Under the pieces are notes generated by a model. That model saw only the letters and a program-made list of their open reading frames with translations, was not told the origin of the DNA and did not search any database. Both the position numbers and the translations under genes were made by a program. Positions 8,502 to 17,255 of a stretch of 57,205 bases of DNA are shown here, piece by piece. Each line of letters opens with the position of its first letter. Within the stretch, counting starts at the first letter, position 1. The stretch is taken from positions 1 through 57,205 of the forward strand of contig CAZSVT010000001.1 of the NCBI GenBank assembly GCA_964610365.1, given 5' to 3'. The DNA comes from an uncultured Isosphaeraceae bacterium (GTDB lineage: Bacteria; Planctomycetota; Phycisphaerae; Phycisphaerales; SM1A02).

Positions 8502-9386
8502 TCAACGGGTCCGGGAGGCGAGCAGGTCCGCGATCTCCCAGAGCGGCGCCGCGTCCGCCCCCAGCGGTTCCACCGCGGCGCGGCTGGCCTGCACCAGGCG
8601 TTCGATCTCGCGTCGGGTGGCCTCCAGTCCGTGAACCGCGGGCCACGTGAGCTTGCCGGCGGCACGGTCCTTGCCCACCGCCTTGCCCGCGTGCTCGGCG
8701 GTCTGCGTCTCGTCGATGAGATCGTCCACCACCTGGAACATGAGGCCGACCAGGTCCCCCCAGCGGGAGAGAAGTTCCACCGTGGGTTCCGGCGCCTGGA
8801 CGCCGACGGCGCCCATGCGGCACGCGGCGCGGATGAGGGCGCCGGTCTTGTTGCGATGCACCTCGCGCAGCCGGCTGGCCGGATCGAGGGATTCCTCGAA
8901 GCCGCCGAGCGTGTCGTAGACCTGACCGGTGATCATCGCGGTGGTGGCTCCGGCGAGCTCGGCGACGAGGCGGTCCGAGCGGCGCGGACTCCGCGCCGCC
9001 GTCTCGAAGGCGAGCGACAGGAGCGCATCGCCGGCCAGGATGGCCATCGACTCGCCGAAGGCCACATGGAGCGTGGGGCGTCCCCGCCGCATGGAGTCGT
9101 TGTCGAGGGCGGGGAGGTCGTCGTGGACCAGGCTGAAGGCGTGGACCATCTCCACGGCCGCGGCGGCGTCCAGCACATCCTCGCGGCGACCGCCCGCGAC
9201 CTCGGCGCAGGCCAGGGTGAGCACCGGGCGAAGCCGCTTGCCCCCGCCCAGGAGCGCATAGCGCACCGCTTCGCGGAGGTTGGGGGCCAGGGCCGTGCGC
9301 TCCACCGCGCACTCGAGATGGGTCTCGATGGCCGCGAGGATCTCCGCCTCTCGGCGGGCGGACGCGGGTGCGGGGGCGACGGACAT
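8502..9386 (-). CDS. ispA: Polyprenyl (farnesyl/geranylgeranyl) diphosphate synthase
   Basis: Start is ATG 9386 (MSVAPAP). The first Asp-rich motif is LVHDDLPALDNDSMRRG and the second is FQVVDDLID. It lies directly upstream of dxs, as in the classical ispA-dxs arrangement. Confidence 0.9.
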   Translation of the reverse strand: MSVAPAPASARREAEILAAIETHLECAVERTALAPNLREAVRYALLGGGKRLRPVLTLACAEVAGGRREDVLDAAAAVEMVHAFSLVHDDLPALDNDSMRRGRPTLHVAFGESMAILAGDALLSLAFETAARSPRRSDRLVAELAGATTAMITGQVYDTLGGFEESLDPASRLREVHRNKTGALIRAACRMGAVGVQAPEPTVELLSRWGDLVGLMFQVVDDLIDETQTAEHAGKAVGKDRAAGKLTWPAVHGLEATRREIERLVQASRAAVEPLGADAAPLWEIADLLASRTR

Positions 9387-9437
9387 GCCCGGCATTCTAC
9401 GGACGGCACGTCGTCGCCGCGCCCGTATGATGCGGTC

Positions 9438-10112
9438 GTGCAGGCGCTCCTCGACGGATTCCTGGAGTTCATGACGCGCGGCGGCTTCGTGATGTGGCCG
9501 CTGCTCGTCCTGAGCATCGTGATGGTGGCGATGGTGCTCGACCGGACCTTCTTCTGGACGCGACTGCACGGCCGTCGCGGACGGGCGAGGTTCGAACGGC
9601 TGGTGGATGCCCTGCGTCGCGGACAGCGCGAGCGCGTGGAGGCGATCCGGAGCGAGCGCCAGGATGTCTACGGAGACCTGGCGTGGACGCTGCTTCAGCA
9701 CGGGCCGACGGAGGCGAACGCCATCATGGCGTCGGAGGAGGCGCGGCCGCGCACGGAGCGCTGGCTCGGCACGCTCGCCACCATCGTCACCGCGGCACCG
9801 CTGCTGGGAATCCTGGGCACGGTGAGCGGCATCATCAAGAGCTTCGCCCTCCTGGGCGGCCGCAGCATGCCCGATCCGGCGCACGTGAGCCACGGCATCG
9901 CCGAAGCGCTCGTGGCCACCGCCAGCGGACTCTCGCTGGCCATCGTGACGCTCTTCCCCTACATGATCTTCCGCACGCAGGCCGATCGCGCCGTGGGCCG
10001 CATGGAAACCGTCATCGCGGCCGCGCAGGGAGGATTCCCGCGGGCCGCGTCCGGCGCCGAGCCGCGCGAGGCCGAGGCGCGCCTGCAGTCCGCGGGATCC
10101 GCTCGGAGCTGA
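9438..10112 (+). CDS. MotA/TolQ/ExbB-family proton channel protein
   Basis: GTG 9438 gives (M)QALLDGFLEFMTRGGFVMWPLLVLSIVMV. There are three TM segments, with conserved LLGILGTVSGIIKSF and GIAEALVATASGLSLAIV. ATG 9471 is an alternative start. The upstream part of the ORF is antisense to dxs/ispA. Confidence 0.8.
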   Translation: MQALLDGFLEFMTRGGFVMWPLLVLSIVMVAMVLDRTFFWTRLHGRRGRARFERLVDALRRGQRERVEAIRSERQDVYGDLAWTLLQHGPTEANAIMASEEARPRTERWLGTLATIVTAAPLLGILGTVSGIIKSFALLGGRSMPDPAHVSHGIAEALVATASGLSLAIVTLFPYMIFRTQADRAVGRMETVIAAAQGGFPRAASGAEPREAEARLQSAGSARS

Positions 10113-10122
10113 CGGCGTCGGC

Positions 10123-11646
10123 ATGCTCCGAGCAGCCACTCCATCCAGCGATCCAGGGAACGCGGCACGGCCCGTCCGCGCCGCGGCGATGCTCGCGGCG
10201 AGCGCGTTGCTGGCGCTCGGATCGGTGACGGCGCTCGGCACGGCGCCGTCGGAGCCGACCGCGATGCCGCCGGCGCTGGGCGCCATGCCGCCGATGCTGG
10301 GCGCAGTACCGCCGGCGACAGACGCAGCGCCGCGGCCCGTCCGATCCTCCGCGCCGCCGATCGCCGCGCCGCCCCGGGCCTCCGAACCTCCCCCAGCCGC
10401 GGGCGGCTCGTTCGTCCGACGCGCCGAGGAGGACGACGGCCGCGTGAGCCTCCAGGTGGCGTCGAAGACCTACCGGGATCCCAGGGGAGGTCCCGGCGTG
10501 TCGCTCGTCGGCGCCGTGCACATCGCCACGGGTGACTACTACGCGCTCGTGCAGCGCCATCTCGACGAGCACGACGCGGTCCTCTACGAGTCGGTGACGC
10601 CGCGCGGCGCGGTTCGCCGCCCGGAAGCGGCGATGGCCGATCCCGTGGCGTCCACGCGTGATTCCATGCTCTTCCTGCGCCGGATCATGCTGGCCGTGCG
10701 CGAGCAGGAGCGTCGCGACGCACCCGTCCAGCCGGCGACCGGCGGCGAGGTCCCCGCGGGCGCGGCCGGCGTCGAGGTGCCTGCGCCGAGCATCGCCCGG
10801 ACCATCGAGGCCGCCCCCGGCGTGGACAGCCGGCTGGGGCCCTGGGTCCGCCAGGCCAGCGTCGACGCGTGGGGAGGGGCGATCGAGTGCGAGCCGGGTC
10901 CCGACGGTTCGTTCCTGCTCATCAGTCGCGGCGCCGACCGCCGGCCTGGAGGCGAAGGCGCCGACGCGGACATTCGGCTGCGCACGCCGAAGGAGCGCCG
11001 CGTGGCGACGGACTCGCTGGACGACGGACTCCAGGCGACGCTCGCCGAGGCGCTCGGGCTCCGCTTCCAGCTCCGCGCCGTGGACTACCGGAGCGAGCGC
11101 TGGGAAGTGGCCGACATCTCCGAGGCCGAGCTGCTGCGAGCGCTCGAGGAGCGCGGGGTCGACGCGAAGCCGTTCCTTCAGTCGCTCTCCGGCGAGAGTC
11201 TCACCGGCGGGCTGGCGAAGGGCCTGGTGCTGATCCTGCGCCTCGCCGACGGACTGAGCGGGGGCTCCTTCCGCGAGGCTGCCCGGCTCCTCATGATCGA
11301 GGCGCTCTCGATGGCCGACGAACGCGTGCTGCGCCAGGGGCTCTCGAACGAGATGGTGGAGGTCATCCTGCACGAGCGCAATCACGCGGCCATGGACGCC
11401 CTGGCGGCGCGACGCGGTCGCGGCGACGCGGTGAAGTCGATCGCCATCTTCTACGGCGCCGCCCACATGCCCGACCTGGAGCGCCAGCTCCTGGAGCAGG
11501 GATTCGTCCTCGACGCGGAGCGCTGGTTCACCGCCCTCAGCGCCGATCCGAAGCTGGCCGGCGTCGACGCCGGAACGGTGGATGAACTGCGCCGTGCCCT
11601 CCGGGAGGCGGGCGCCGCCGGGTCGGGCGGAGGCGCGGCGCCATGA
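10123..11646 (+). CDS. Secreted TraB/GumN-family-like protein with a pseudopilin-like insert
   Basis: It has a signal peptide (AAAMLAASALLALGSVTALG) and a Pro-rich stretch. TraB/GumN-like blocks are VSLVGAVHIATGDYY, VLYESV, ILHERNHAAMDAL and IAIFYGAAHMPDLERQLLEQGF. The insert at aa ~180-290 contains DAWGG..PGPDGSFLLISRGADRRPGGEGADADI. Confidence 0.5.
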   Translation: MLRAATPSSDPGNAARPVRAAAMLAASALLALGSVTALGTAPSEPTAMPPALGAMPPMLGAVPPATDAAPRPVRSSAPPIAAPPRASEPPPAAGGSFVRRAEEDDGRVSLQVASKTYRDPRGGPGVSLVGAVHIATGDYYALVQRHLDEHDAVLYESVTPRGAVRRPEAAMADPVASTRDSMLFLRRIMLAVREQERRDAPVQPATGGEVPAGAAGVEVPAPSIARTIEAAPGVDSRLGPWVRQASVDAWGGAIECEPGPDGSFLLISRGADRRPGGEGADADIRLRTPKERRVATDSLDDGLQATLAEALGLRFQLRAVDYRSERWEVADISEAELLRALEERGVDAKPFLQSLSGESLTGGLAKGLVLILRLADGLSGGSFREAARLLMIEALSMADERVLRQGLSNEMVEVILHERNHAAMDALAARRGRGDAVKSIAIFYGAAHMPDLERQLLEQGFVLDAERWFTALSADPKLAGVDAGTVDELRRALREAGAAGSGGGAAP

Positions 11647-13316
11647 GCGACGGCTCGTCCTCGTCGAGCCGCTCCGACTCCCTGCTCGGAGATCCCGCCG
11701 CCTCCCTTCGCGTCTGCATCGAGGGCGGTCCGCAGACCCAGACCCTCACCTTCGACTCGCTCCGCGAGCTCATCGTCGGTCGCGACGCGAGCTGCCAGGT
11801 GCGGATCCCGCACGACTCGGTGAGCCGGCAGCACATGCGCCTCTTCCATCGCGACGGTCGCTGGTTCGCCGAGGATCTCGACAGCCGCAACGGCACGATG
11901 GTGGACGGCGTCATGCTGGCGCCGCGGCGGCCGTTCCCCGTCGGGACGAGCTCGACCATTCTGGTTCGACCCTTCGCGCTGCGCGTGGATGCGGGCGTGG
12001 TGGCCGACGATTCGCGGGGCGCGGCGCCGCTGCTGGAGGAACGCGAGGAGTCCGGATTCATCCGGCCGCTCGTGGCGGAGGAGCTGGGGGCCATCAACGG
12101 CCGTCGACTGGCGCTCCTCCTCCAGGCGGCCGACGCGATCAACGCCGCCCAGAGCGAGCGCGACGTGGCGGACGCGGCCACCGAGGCGCTCATCGCGGGC
12201 ACCGGCTTCGCCCGCGCCGTCATGCTGCGATGGTCCGGCACGCTCGAATCGCGCGAGACGCTCGCCGTGCGGATCGGAGAGGACGCGGACGCGGTGCCGT
12301 CCGCGGGCATGAGCCGCACGCTCCTGCGGGCGGCGGCGGCGGGCGCGCCGGCGCAGATCGACGACCTCTCGGCGATCCGCGAGGCGGAGAGCATCGCCGG
12401 TTCGGGCGTGGCGGCGGCGCTCTGCGTGCCGGTGTTCGTGCCTCCGGTGGTGGAGGCGTTCCTCTACCTCGATTCGCAGCGGCGCTCGGCGAGACCGAAT
12501 CCCGACGCGGCCGCCTTCTGCCAGGTGCTGGCCAAGCTCTGCGGGCTGGCGATCGGGAACCTCCGACGCATGGCGGCCGAGGATCGGCAGCGCCAGCTGG
12601 AGCAGCAGCTCATGGCGGCGCGGCATGCCCAGAGCCGCCTGCTCCCGGACGAGCATGGCGAGCACGACGGCTGCCGGTGGCGCCTCTTCGTGCGGCCCGG
12701 CTCGCTGGTCGCCGGCGCCATCGCCTGCATCCACCGCGGCCGGGACGGAACGACCTTCCTGGTGGGCGATGTGCGCGGCAAGGGCGTGGAGGCGGCGATC
12801 GTGATGACGATGGTCGCGTCGCACCTCCCCGCGTGCCTCGCCGAGGGGCTGGGCCTGGCGGAGGCGGTCTCGCGCACCGGCGCGTTCATCCATCGGCATC
12901 GCCGCGACGAGGCCGACTTCGTCTCGCTCTTCGCGGTGCAGATCGACCGGCGCGCCGGCGTGGTGCGCACCGTGGACGCCGGTCATGGCCTGGCCTTGCG
13001 GATCCGCGATGGGGAGGCGGCGGAACTCCGCTCCGAGGGTGGCACGGTGCTGGGCATCGAGTCGGATCCCCGGTACCAGGCCTCGGAGTTCCCCTGCGAC
13101 GCGGGCTCGCGGCTGCTGCTCTTCACCGACGGCGTCGTCGAGCAGTGCGGGACCGAGGGGCGCGGGCAGTTCGGATTGGGCGCGGTGGTCGCGGCGGTGG
13201 CGGGATCGCCGTCGCCGGAGGTCACCGTGGAGCGCATCCGGGCGGCGCTGCGGGCGCACGCCGGCGGCGACGAGTACTCCGACGACGTGACCATTCTCTG
13301 CGTCGAGACGCCCTGA
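11643..13316 (+). CDS. FHA - GAF - PP2C/SpoIIE-type phosphatase-domain protein
   Basis: The ATG overlaps the upstream stop (ATGA). FHA domain: GRDASCQVRIPHDSVSRQHMRLFHRDGRWFAEDLDSRNGTMVDG. The middle domain is GAF-like (..AALCVPVFVPPVVEAFLYLDS..). PP2C/SpoIIE blocks are VGDVRGKGVEAAIVM, DAGHG and LFTDGVVEQ. Confidence 0.8.
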   Translation: MSDGSSSSSRSDSLLGDPAASLRVCIEGGPQTQTLTFDSLRELIVGRDASCQVRIPHDSVSRQHMRLFHRDGRWFAEDLDSRNGTMVDGVMLAPRRPFPVGTSSTILVRPFALRVDAGVVADDSRGAAPLLEEREESGFIRPLVAEELGAINGRRLALLLQAADAINAAQSERDVADAATEALIAGTGFARAVMLRWSGTLESRETLAVRIGEDADAVPSAGMSRTLLRAAAAGAPAQIDDLSAIREAESIAGSGVAAALCVPVFVPPVVEAFLYLDSQRRSARPNPDAAAFCQVLAKLCGLAIGNLRRMAAEDRQRQLEQQLMAARHAQSRLLPDEHGEHDGCRWRLFVRPGSLVAGAIACIHRGRDGTTFLVGDVRGKGVEAAIVMTMVASHLPACLAEGLGLAEAVSRTGAFIHRHRRDEADFVSLFAVQIDRRAGVVRTVDAGHGLALRIRDGEAAELRSEGGTVLGIESDPRYQASEFPCDAGSRLLLFTDGVVEQCGTEGRGQFGLGAVVAAVAGSPSPEVTVERIRAALRAHAGGDEYSDDVTILCVETP

Positions 13317-13385
13317 GCGAATCGGCGGGCGCGGGGCGCCGGCCACCATTCGTCGTGCGCGGTGCGCCCGTCGGGCGCGCGGCGC

Positions 13386-14249
13386 TCAGCGCGGCGCGCC
13401 GAGTTCGATCGCCGGCGACCAGGTGAGCCACTTGGCGTCGGGCTTGTCGGCGAGTTCGAAGATCGCGCCCGTGGTCGCGGCGTCGCCCGGTGGATCCGGC
13501 GTGGCGAATCCCACGCCGCCCACCAGCACGCTCTCCAGGCTCTCCACCTGCGTCGAGAGCCCGGTGATGCCCAGGTCCATGGAGAAGCCCGAGGCGTTCC
13601 AGAATCGACTGCCCGTTCGGACCAGCGACGCATAGCGAGGCTCGATGCGGACGGTGACGGCGACGCTCCGGGAGTCGCCCGCCATCGCCAGATCGATCAC
13701 CTGTCCCACGGGAAAGTCGCGGTAGAGGACCGGCGAGCCTCGGCGCAGCGCCCGCAGGCGGGTGGCCCGCAGTTCGACCAGGAGCCCCGGCGCATCGGCG
13801 ATCGGCGGGCGCGGCAGGGCTTCGAAGCGCCGCGGCGCCGTTCCCTGGCGCCCCGCCTCCACCGCGAGGAAGGGCCCGCTGGCGAGCGTTCCGAGTCCGC
13901 GGATTCCCTGGAGCGAGATCTCGGGGCGCTCGATCCAGAACTTCGAGTCCGCATGCAGGAGCCTGCGGGCCCAGGGCTCGAGTTCGATCTCGGCGATGGG
14001 CCGGAGTCCCTCCGCGTCGAGCGTCACCGTCACCACGCGCCCCACCACCACGCCGGCGCACTTGACCGGCGTTCGCCCGGCCTCGAGCCCGTCGGCGCTG
14101 GGCACCGCCACCTCGTAGCGAGGTCCCTGGGAGAGCCAGTCGCGCAGCACCAGTGCCGCCGCCACGGCCAGCGCCACCAGCGGGACGATCCAGACGGGGG
14201 AGATGCCGCGCGTGCGGCGGACGATGGGCGCGGGCGGAGTGGTGGTCAT
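13386..14249 (-). CDS. PqiB/MCE-family protein (two MCE domains, short form)
   Basis: N-terminal TM is ISPVWIVPLVALAVAAALVL. Two MCE-like modules follow (YEVAVPSADGLEAGRTPVKCAGVVVGRV.. and LLVELRATRLRALRRGSPVLYRDFPVGQV..). The start overlaps the pqiA-like stop by 4 nt. Confidence 0.75.
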   Translation of the reverse strand: MTTTPPAPIVRRTRGISPVWIVPLVALAVAAALVLRDWLSQGPRYEVAVPSADGLEAGRTPVKCAGVVVGRVVTVTLDAEGLRPIAEIELEPWARRLLHADSKFWIERPEISLQGIRGLGTLASGPFLAVEAGRQGTAPRRFEALPRPPIADAPGLLVELRATRLRALRRGSPVLYRDFPVGQVIDLAMAGDSRSVAVTVRIEPRYASLVRTGSRFWNASGFSMDLGITGLSTQVESLESVLVGGVGFATPDPPGDAATTGAIFELADKPDAKWLTWSPAIELGAPR

Positions 14250-14875
14250 GCGGCGGCTCCCGCATCATCCTCCCAGACGAGACGGGGATCGAAGCTGGCC
14301 GACGCCAGCAGCGAGAGCACCACCAGCGCCGTGTAGGCGGCGAGCCCGGGCCCCGGCACCACGGAGGCCAGGTCGCCGAGCTTCACCGTGGCCACCAGGA
14401 TCGACACGAGGAAGACGTCGATCATCGCCCACGGGCCCAGCGCCTCCAGCACGCGATGCAGTCGACCTCGCTCGCGCCGACCGGCGCGTCGCCCGGCGGC
14501 GGAGCAGAGCCATGCCAGGCCGACGAGTTTCATCAGCGGAATGACCATGCTCGCCACGAAGACGATGGTGGCCACGCCCCAGCTCCCGTGATCGAAGAGG
14601 TCCGTGACGCCCTGCCAGACGGTCGTCTCGCGGCGGGCGCCCAACCGTTCGAGGGTGATGATCGGCAGGAGGTTGGCCGGCAGGTACATGACGAGGGCCG
14701 CCAGCGAGAGGGCGGCCGTGCGCTCCAGGCTGCCGCGAAGATGCCGCTCGATGGGCGAGCCGCAGCGCGTGCACGACGCCGCGAATCCATCGGGCACCGG
14801 AGGGACCGCATGGACGAGCCCGCAGCGCGGGCAGGCTTCGAGCGTGGTGACCGTGCCGCCTGAAGCGCCGCTCAA
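14246..14875 (-). CDS. Paraquat-inducible protein A (PqiA) family, single-module (half-size) form
   Basis: Zinc-ribbon-like CPRCG..(18)..CTRCG is followed by TM segments with LPANLLPIITLE and WGVATIVFVASMVIPLMKL, typical of PqiA repeats. The protein is 209 aa. Confidence 0.8.
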   Translation of the reverse strand: MSGASGGTVTTLEACPRCGLVHAVPPVPDGFAASCTRCGSPIERHLRGSLERTAALSLAALVMYLPANLLPIITLERLGARRETTVWQGVTDLFDHGSWGVATIVFVASMVIPLMKLVGLAWLCSAAGRRAGRRERGRLHRVLEALGPWAMIDVFLVSILVATVKLGDLASVVPGPGLAAYTALVVLSLLASASFDPRLVWEDDAGAAA

Positions 14876-14878
14876 GCG

Positions 14879-15847
14879 TCAGTTCTCGGTGTGGACCGCC
14901 CCGTACCCTTCGGTGCCGCTGAGGTCCTGGCGATTGGTCCAGGCCTTCATGTCGCGCAGCTCGCTGTAGGAGCCGTTGCGCTGGCTGCCGTCGGCGGCGC
15001 CGTAGGGGATCATGTTGAATCGACGCAGCGGGACCGCCTGGGGCACGAGCACGGAGATGGCGCCCTCGTCGATGCCGTCGTTGCCGAGCTCCCAGATCTT
15101 CTGGCCGCCGAGCCAGGGCGGAACCACCCACGCCGATCCGGACTCGATCTCCTCCGGGCCCTTGATCTGGCCGGCCTCGGAATAGGTGCTGGACGCGAAG
15201 GCGACGATGTTCTCCGGCCGCGAGATCTGGGCCACGGTCCGCGCCACCGGCGTGATCGGCGCGCCGGGCGTGGGCCGCTTGGCGTCCATGAAGCGCATGG
15301 TGGGCGTGGTGCCGTTGAGCGTCCACCAGCCGCCGAGGTAGAAGGAGTTCATGCCGAACTCCGGCTGCAGCGCCGCCGCGGATCCGGCCAGGCCTTCGCA
15401 CGGCGTGAGCTCGGTGGGCATGGTGAAGGGGCGCGTGCCGCCGTCGTAGACGCTGGTCTGGAAGTCGGTGCCGGCCTGGTCGAGGTACCCAAGCATCAGC
15501 TCGGTGCCGTAATCGAGGTAGCCCGCGAGGCGCCACGGATAGGTCTGGCAGAGCGCCGGGTTCACCTGCTGGCCCGAGCTGTTGCGGACCTTGATCTTCC
15601 AGTTCGTCTGCACGCCGGTGTCCACGAAGCCCGGCAGCAGCGCCTCGTCATTGGTGGTGGCGTAGGTGTGCCATGCCACGAAGAGTTGCCGCAGGTTGTT
15701 GAGCTGCCTCCCCTCGCGCGCGGTATTGCGCGCCGAGCGCAGTCCCGTGAGCAGCAGGCCCATCAGCAGGGCGATGATCGCCAGCGTGATGAGCATCTCG
15801 ACCAGCGTGAAGCCGGCGGGACGGCCGTCCTTGGTGGGCATATCCAT
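14879..15847 (-). CDS. Prepilin-type N-terminal cleavage/methylation domain protein (DUF1559-like pseudopilin)
   Basis: Start is set at ATG 15847, preceded by GGAG, giving MDMPTKDGRPAG|FTLVEMLITLAIIALLMGLL. This is the class III signal peptide motif G-FTLVE. The stop lies 3 nt before the pqiA-like start. Confidence 0.75.
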   Translation of the reverse strand: MDMPTKDGRPAGFTLVEMLITLAIIALLMGLLLTGLRSARNTAREGRQLNNLRQLFVAWHTYATTNDEALLPGFVDTGVQTNWKIKVRNSSGQQVNPALCQTYPWRLAGYLDYGTELMLGYLDQAGTDFQTSVYDGGTRPFTMPTELTPCEGLAGSAAALQPEFGMNSFYLGGWWTLNGTTPTMRFMDAKRPTPGAPITPVARTVAQISRPENIVAFASSTYSEAGQIKGPEEIESGSAWVVPPWLGGQKIWELGNDGIDEGAISVLVPQAVPLRRFNMIPYGAADGSQRNGSYSELRDMKAWTNRQDLSGTEGYGAVHTEN

Positions 15848-15915
15848 GCGGAGGTCTCCGGTGTTCCGGCAGAAGATACGGTTCTCCGCCCGTCGATGCT
15901 CCATGAAACTTGACC

Positions 15916-17169
15916 TTACCGGCCCCCGACCGTCACCTTCTCCACGAGGCCGGCCTTGATCTTCTCGATGCCAGACCCGAGTTCCCCGATGGGGTCCGGC
16001 GGCACGATCTCCACCACTTTCTCGCCAAGCTTCGCCTCGCCCCGGTTCACCCGATCCTGGAACGCCCGGCAGTGCTCCAGGAGCTTCGGGAGGATCTCCT
16101 CCTCCGGCACGTTCGCCACGCGCTGGCCCTGGACATAGATGATGCCGCGGCGGTCGCCCGCGAAGACGGCCACATCCGCGCCTTCCGCCTCGCCGGGACC
16201 GTTCACCACGCAGCCCATCACCGCCACCTTGATCGGCAGCGTGATCTCCCGCGCCAGCGTGCGCTCCACTTCCTTGACGAGCGCGAAGAGGTCCACCTGG
16301 ATGCGCCCGCAGGTGGGACAGGCGATGAGGTCGACCCCGCGCCGCGTGCGCTTGTCGAGGCAGTAGAGCATCTCCAGCGCGTCCTTCACCTCGTCGATGT
16401 GGTCGCTGGCGTAGCTGATGCGCACCGTGTCGCCGATGCCGTTGGCGATGAGCGTTCCCAGGGCGACGACGGAGCGGATGGCGCCGGTCGTCTTCGGTCC
16501 CGCGTGGGTGACGCCCAGGTGCAGCGGATAGTCGAATCGCCGGCTGATCTCCGTGTAGGCGTCGATCACCAGCGTGGCGTCCATCGACTTGGCGCTGATC
16601 ACGACGTCGTGGAAGTCCCGGGCGTCGAAGATCTCCAGGTACTCCTCGAGCTTGGCGATCATGAGCGCCAGCAGGTGCCCCGACTTGTGCCCCTCGAAGT
16701 ACATGCCCAGCTCGGCGGCACGGCGCTGCTTGTCCTTGCGCTCGATGATCGAGCCTTCGTTCACGCCGATCCGGATGGGGATCTTCCGCTCCCGGCAGGC
16801 GTCGATGACCTTGTTCACCTGCTCGCGGTCGCTGATGTTGCCGGGGTTGAGGCGGATCTTGTGCACGCCCGCCTCCACGGCCTCGAGCGCCCGCTGGTAG
16901 TGGAAGTGCACGTCGGCCACGATCGGGATGCGGACCTGCCGGATGATCTCGCGCAGGGCCTCGGTGTCCTTGCGCTCGGGAACCGCCACGCGGACGATGT
17001 CGGCGCCGGCCTCGCGGTAGCGCTCGATCTCCGCCACGCAGGCGTCGATCTCGTGGGTGTACCCGGCGGTCATCGTCTGGACGGAGATGGGGGCGTCGCC
17101 GCCGATCCGGACCCGGCCGACCCGATCGTCTCCCACCGTCACCTGGCGCGTCGTGCGTCGTGGCTGCAT
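15916..17169 (-). CDS. ispG: 4-hydroxy-3-methylbut-2-en-1-yl diphosphate synthase (flavodoxin)
   Basis: Start is ATG 17169 (MQPRRTTRQVTVGDDRVGRVRIGGDAPISVQTMT). Supporting segments are RVAVPERKD, RLNPGNI and the cluster Cys motifs CPTCGR and GCVVNGPGE. Confidence 0.95.
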   Translation of the reverse strand: MQPRRTTRQVTVGDDRVGRVRIGGDAPISVQTMTAGYTHEIDACVAEIERYREAGADIVRVAVPERKDTEALREIIRQVRIPIVADVHFHYQRALEAVEAGVHKIRLNPGNISDREQVNKVIDACRERKIPIRIGVNEGSIIERKDKQRRAAELGMYFEGHKSGHLLALMIAKLEEYLEIFDARDFHDVVISAKSMDATLVIDAYTEISRRFDYPLHLGVTHAGPKTTGAIRSVVALGTLIANGIGDTVRISYASDHIDEVKDALEMLYCLDKRTRRGVDLIACPTCGRIQVDLFALVKEVERTLAREITLPIKVAVMGCVVNGPGEAEGADVAVFAGDRRGIIYVQGQRVANVPEEEILPKLLEHCRAFQDRVNRGEAKLGEKVVEIVPPDPIGELGSGIEKIKAGLVEKVTVGGR

Positions 17170-17255
17170 GCGTCGGCGGATTCTACGCGAGCCGTCGACC
17201 TGCACGCCGCCCGCCAGCGCCGTATCCTCGCCGCCGCCACGGAAGGAGGCACTCG

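Noticed and set aside
8289-9437. A 5' extension of the exbB-like ORF, back to 8289.
   Set aside because: The extension is antisense to dxs and ispA. The ExbB-like sequence only begins at GTG 9438 or ATG 9471.
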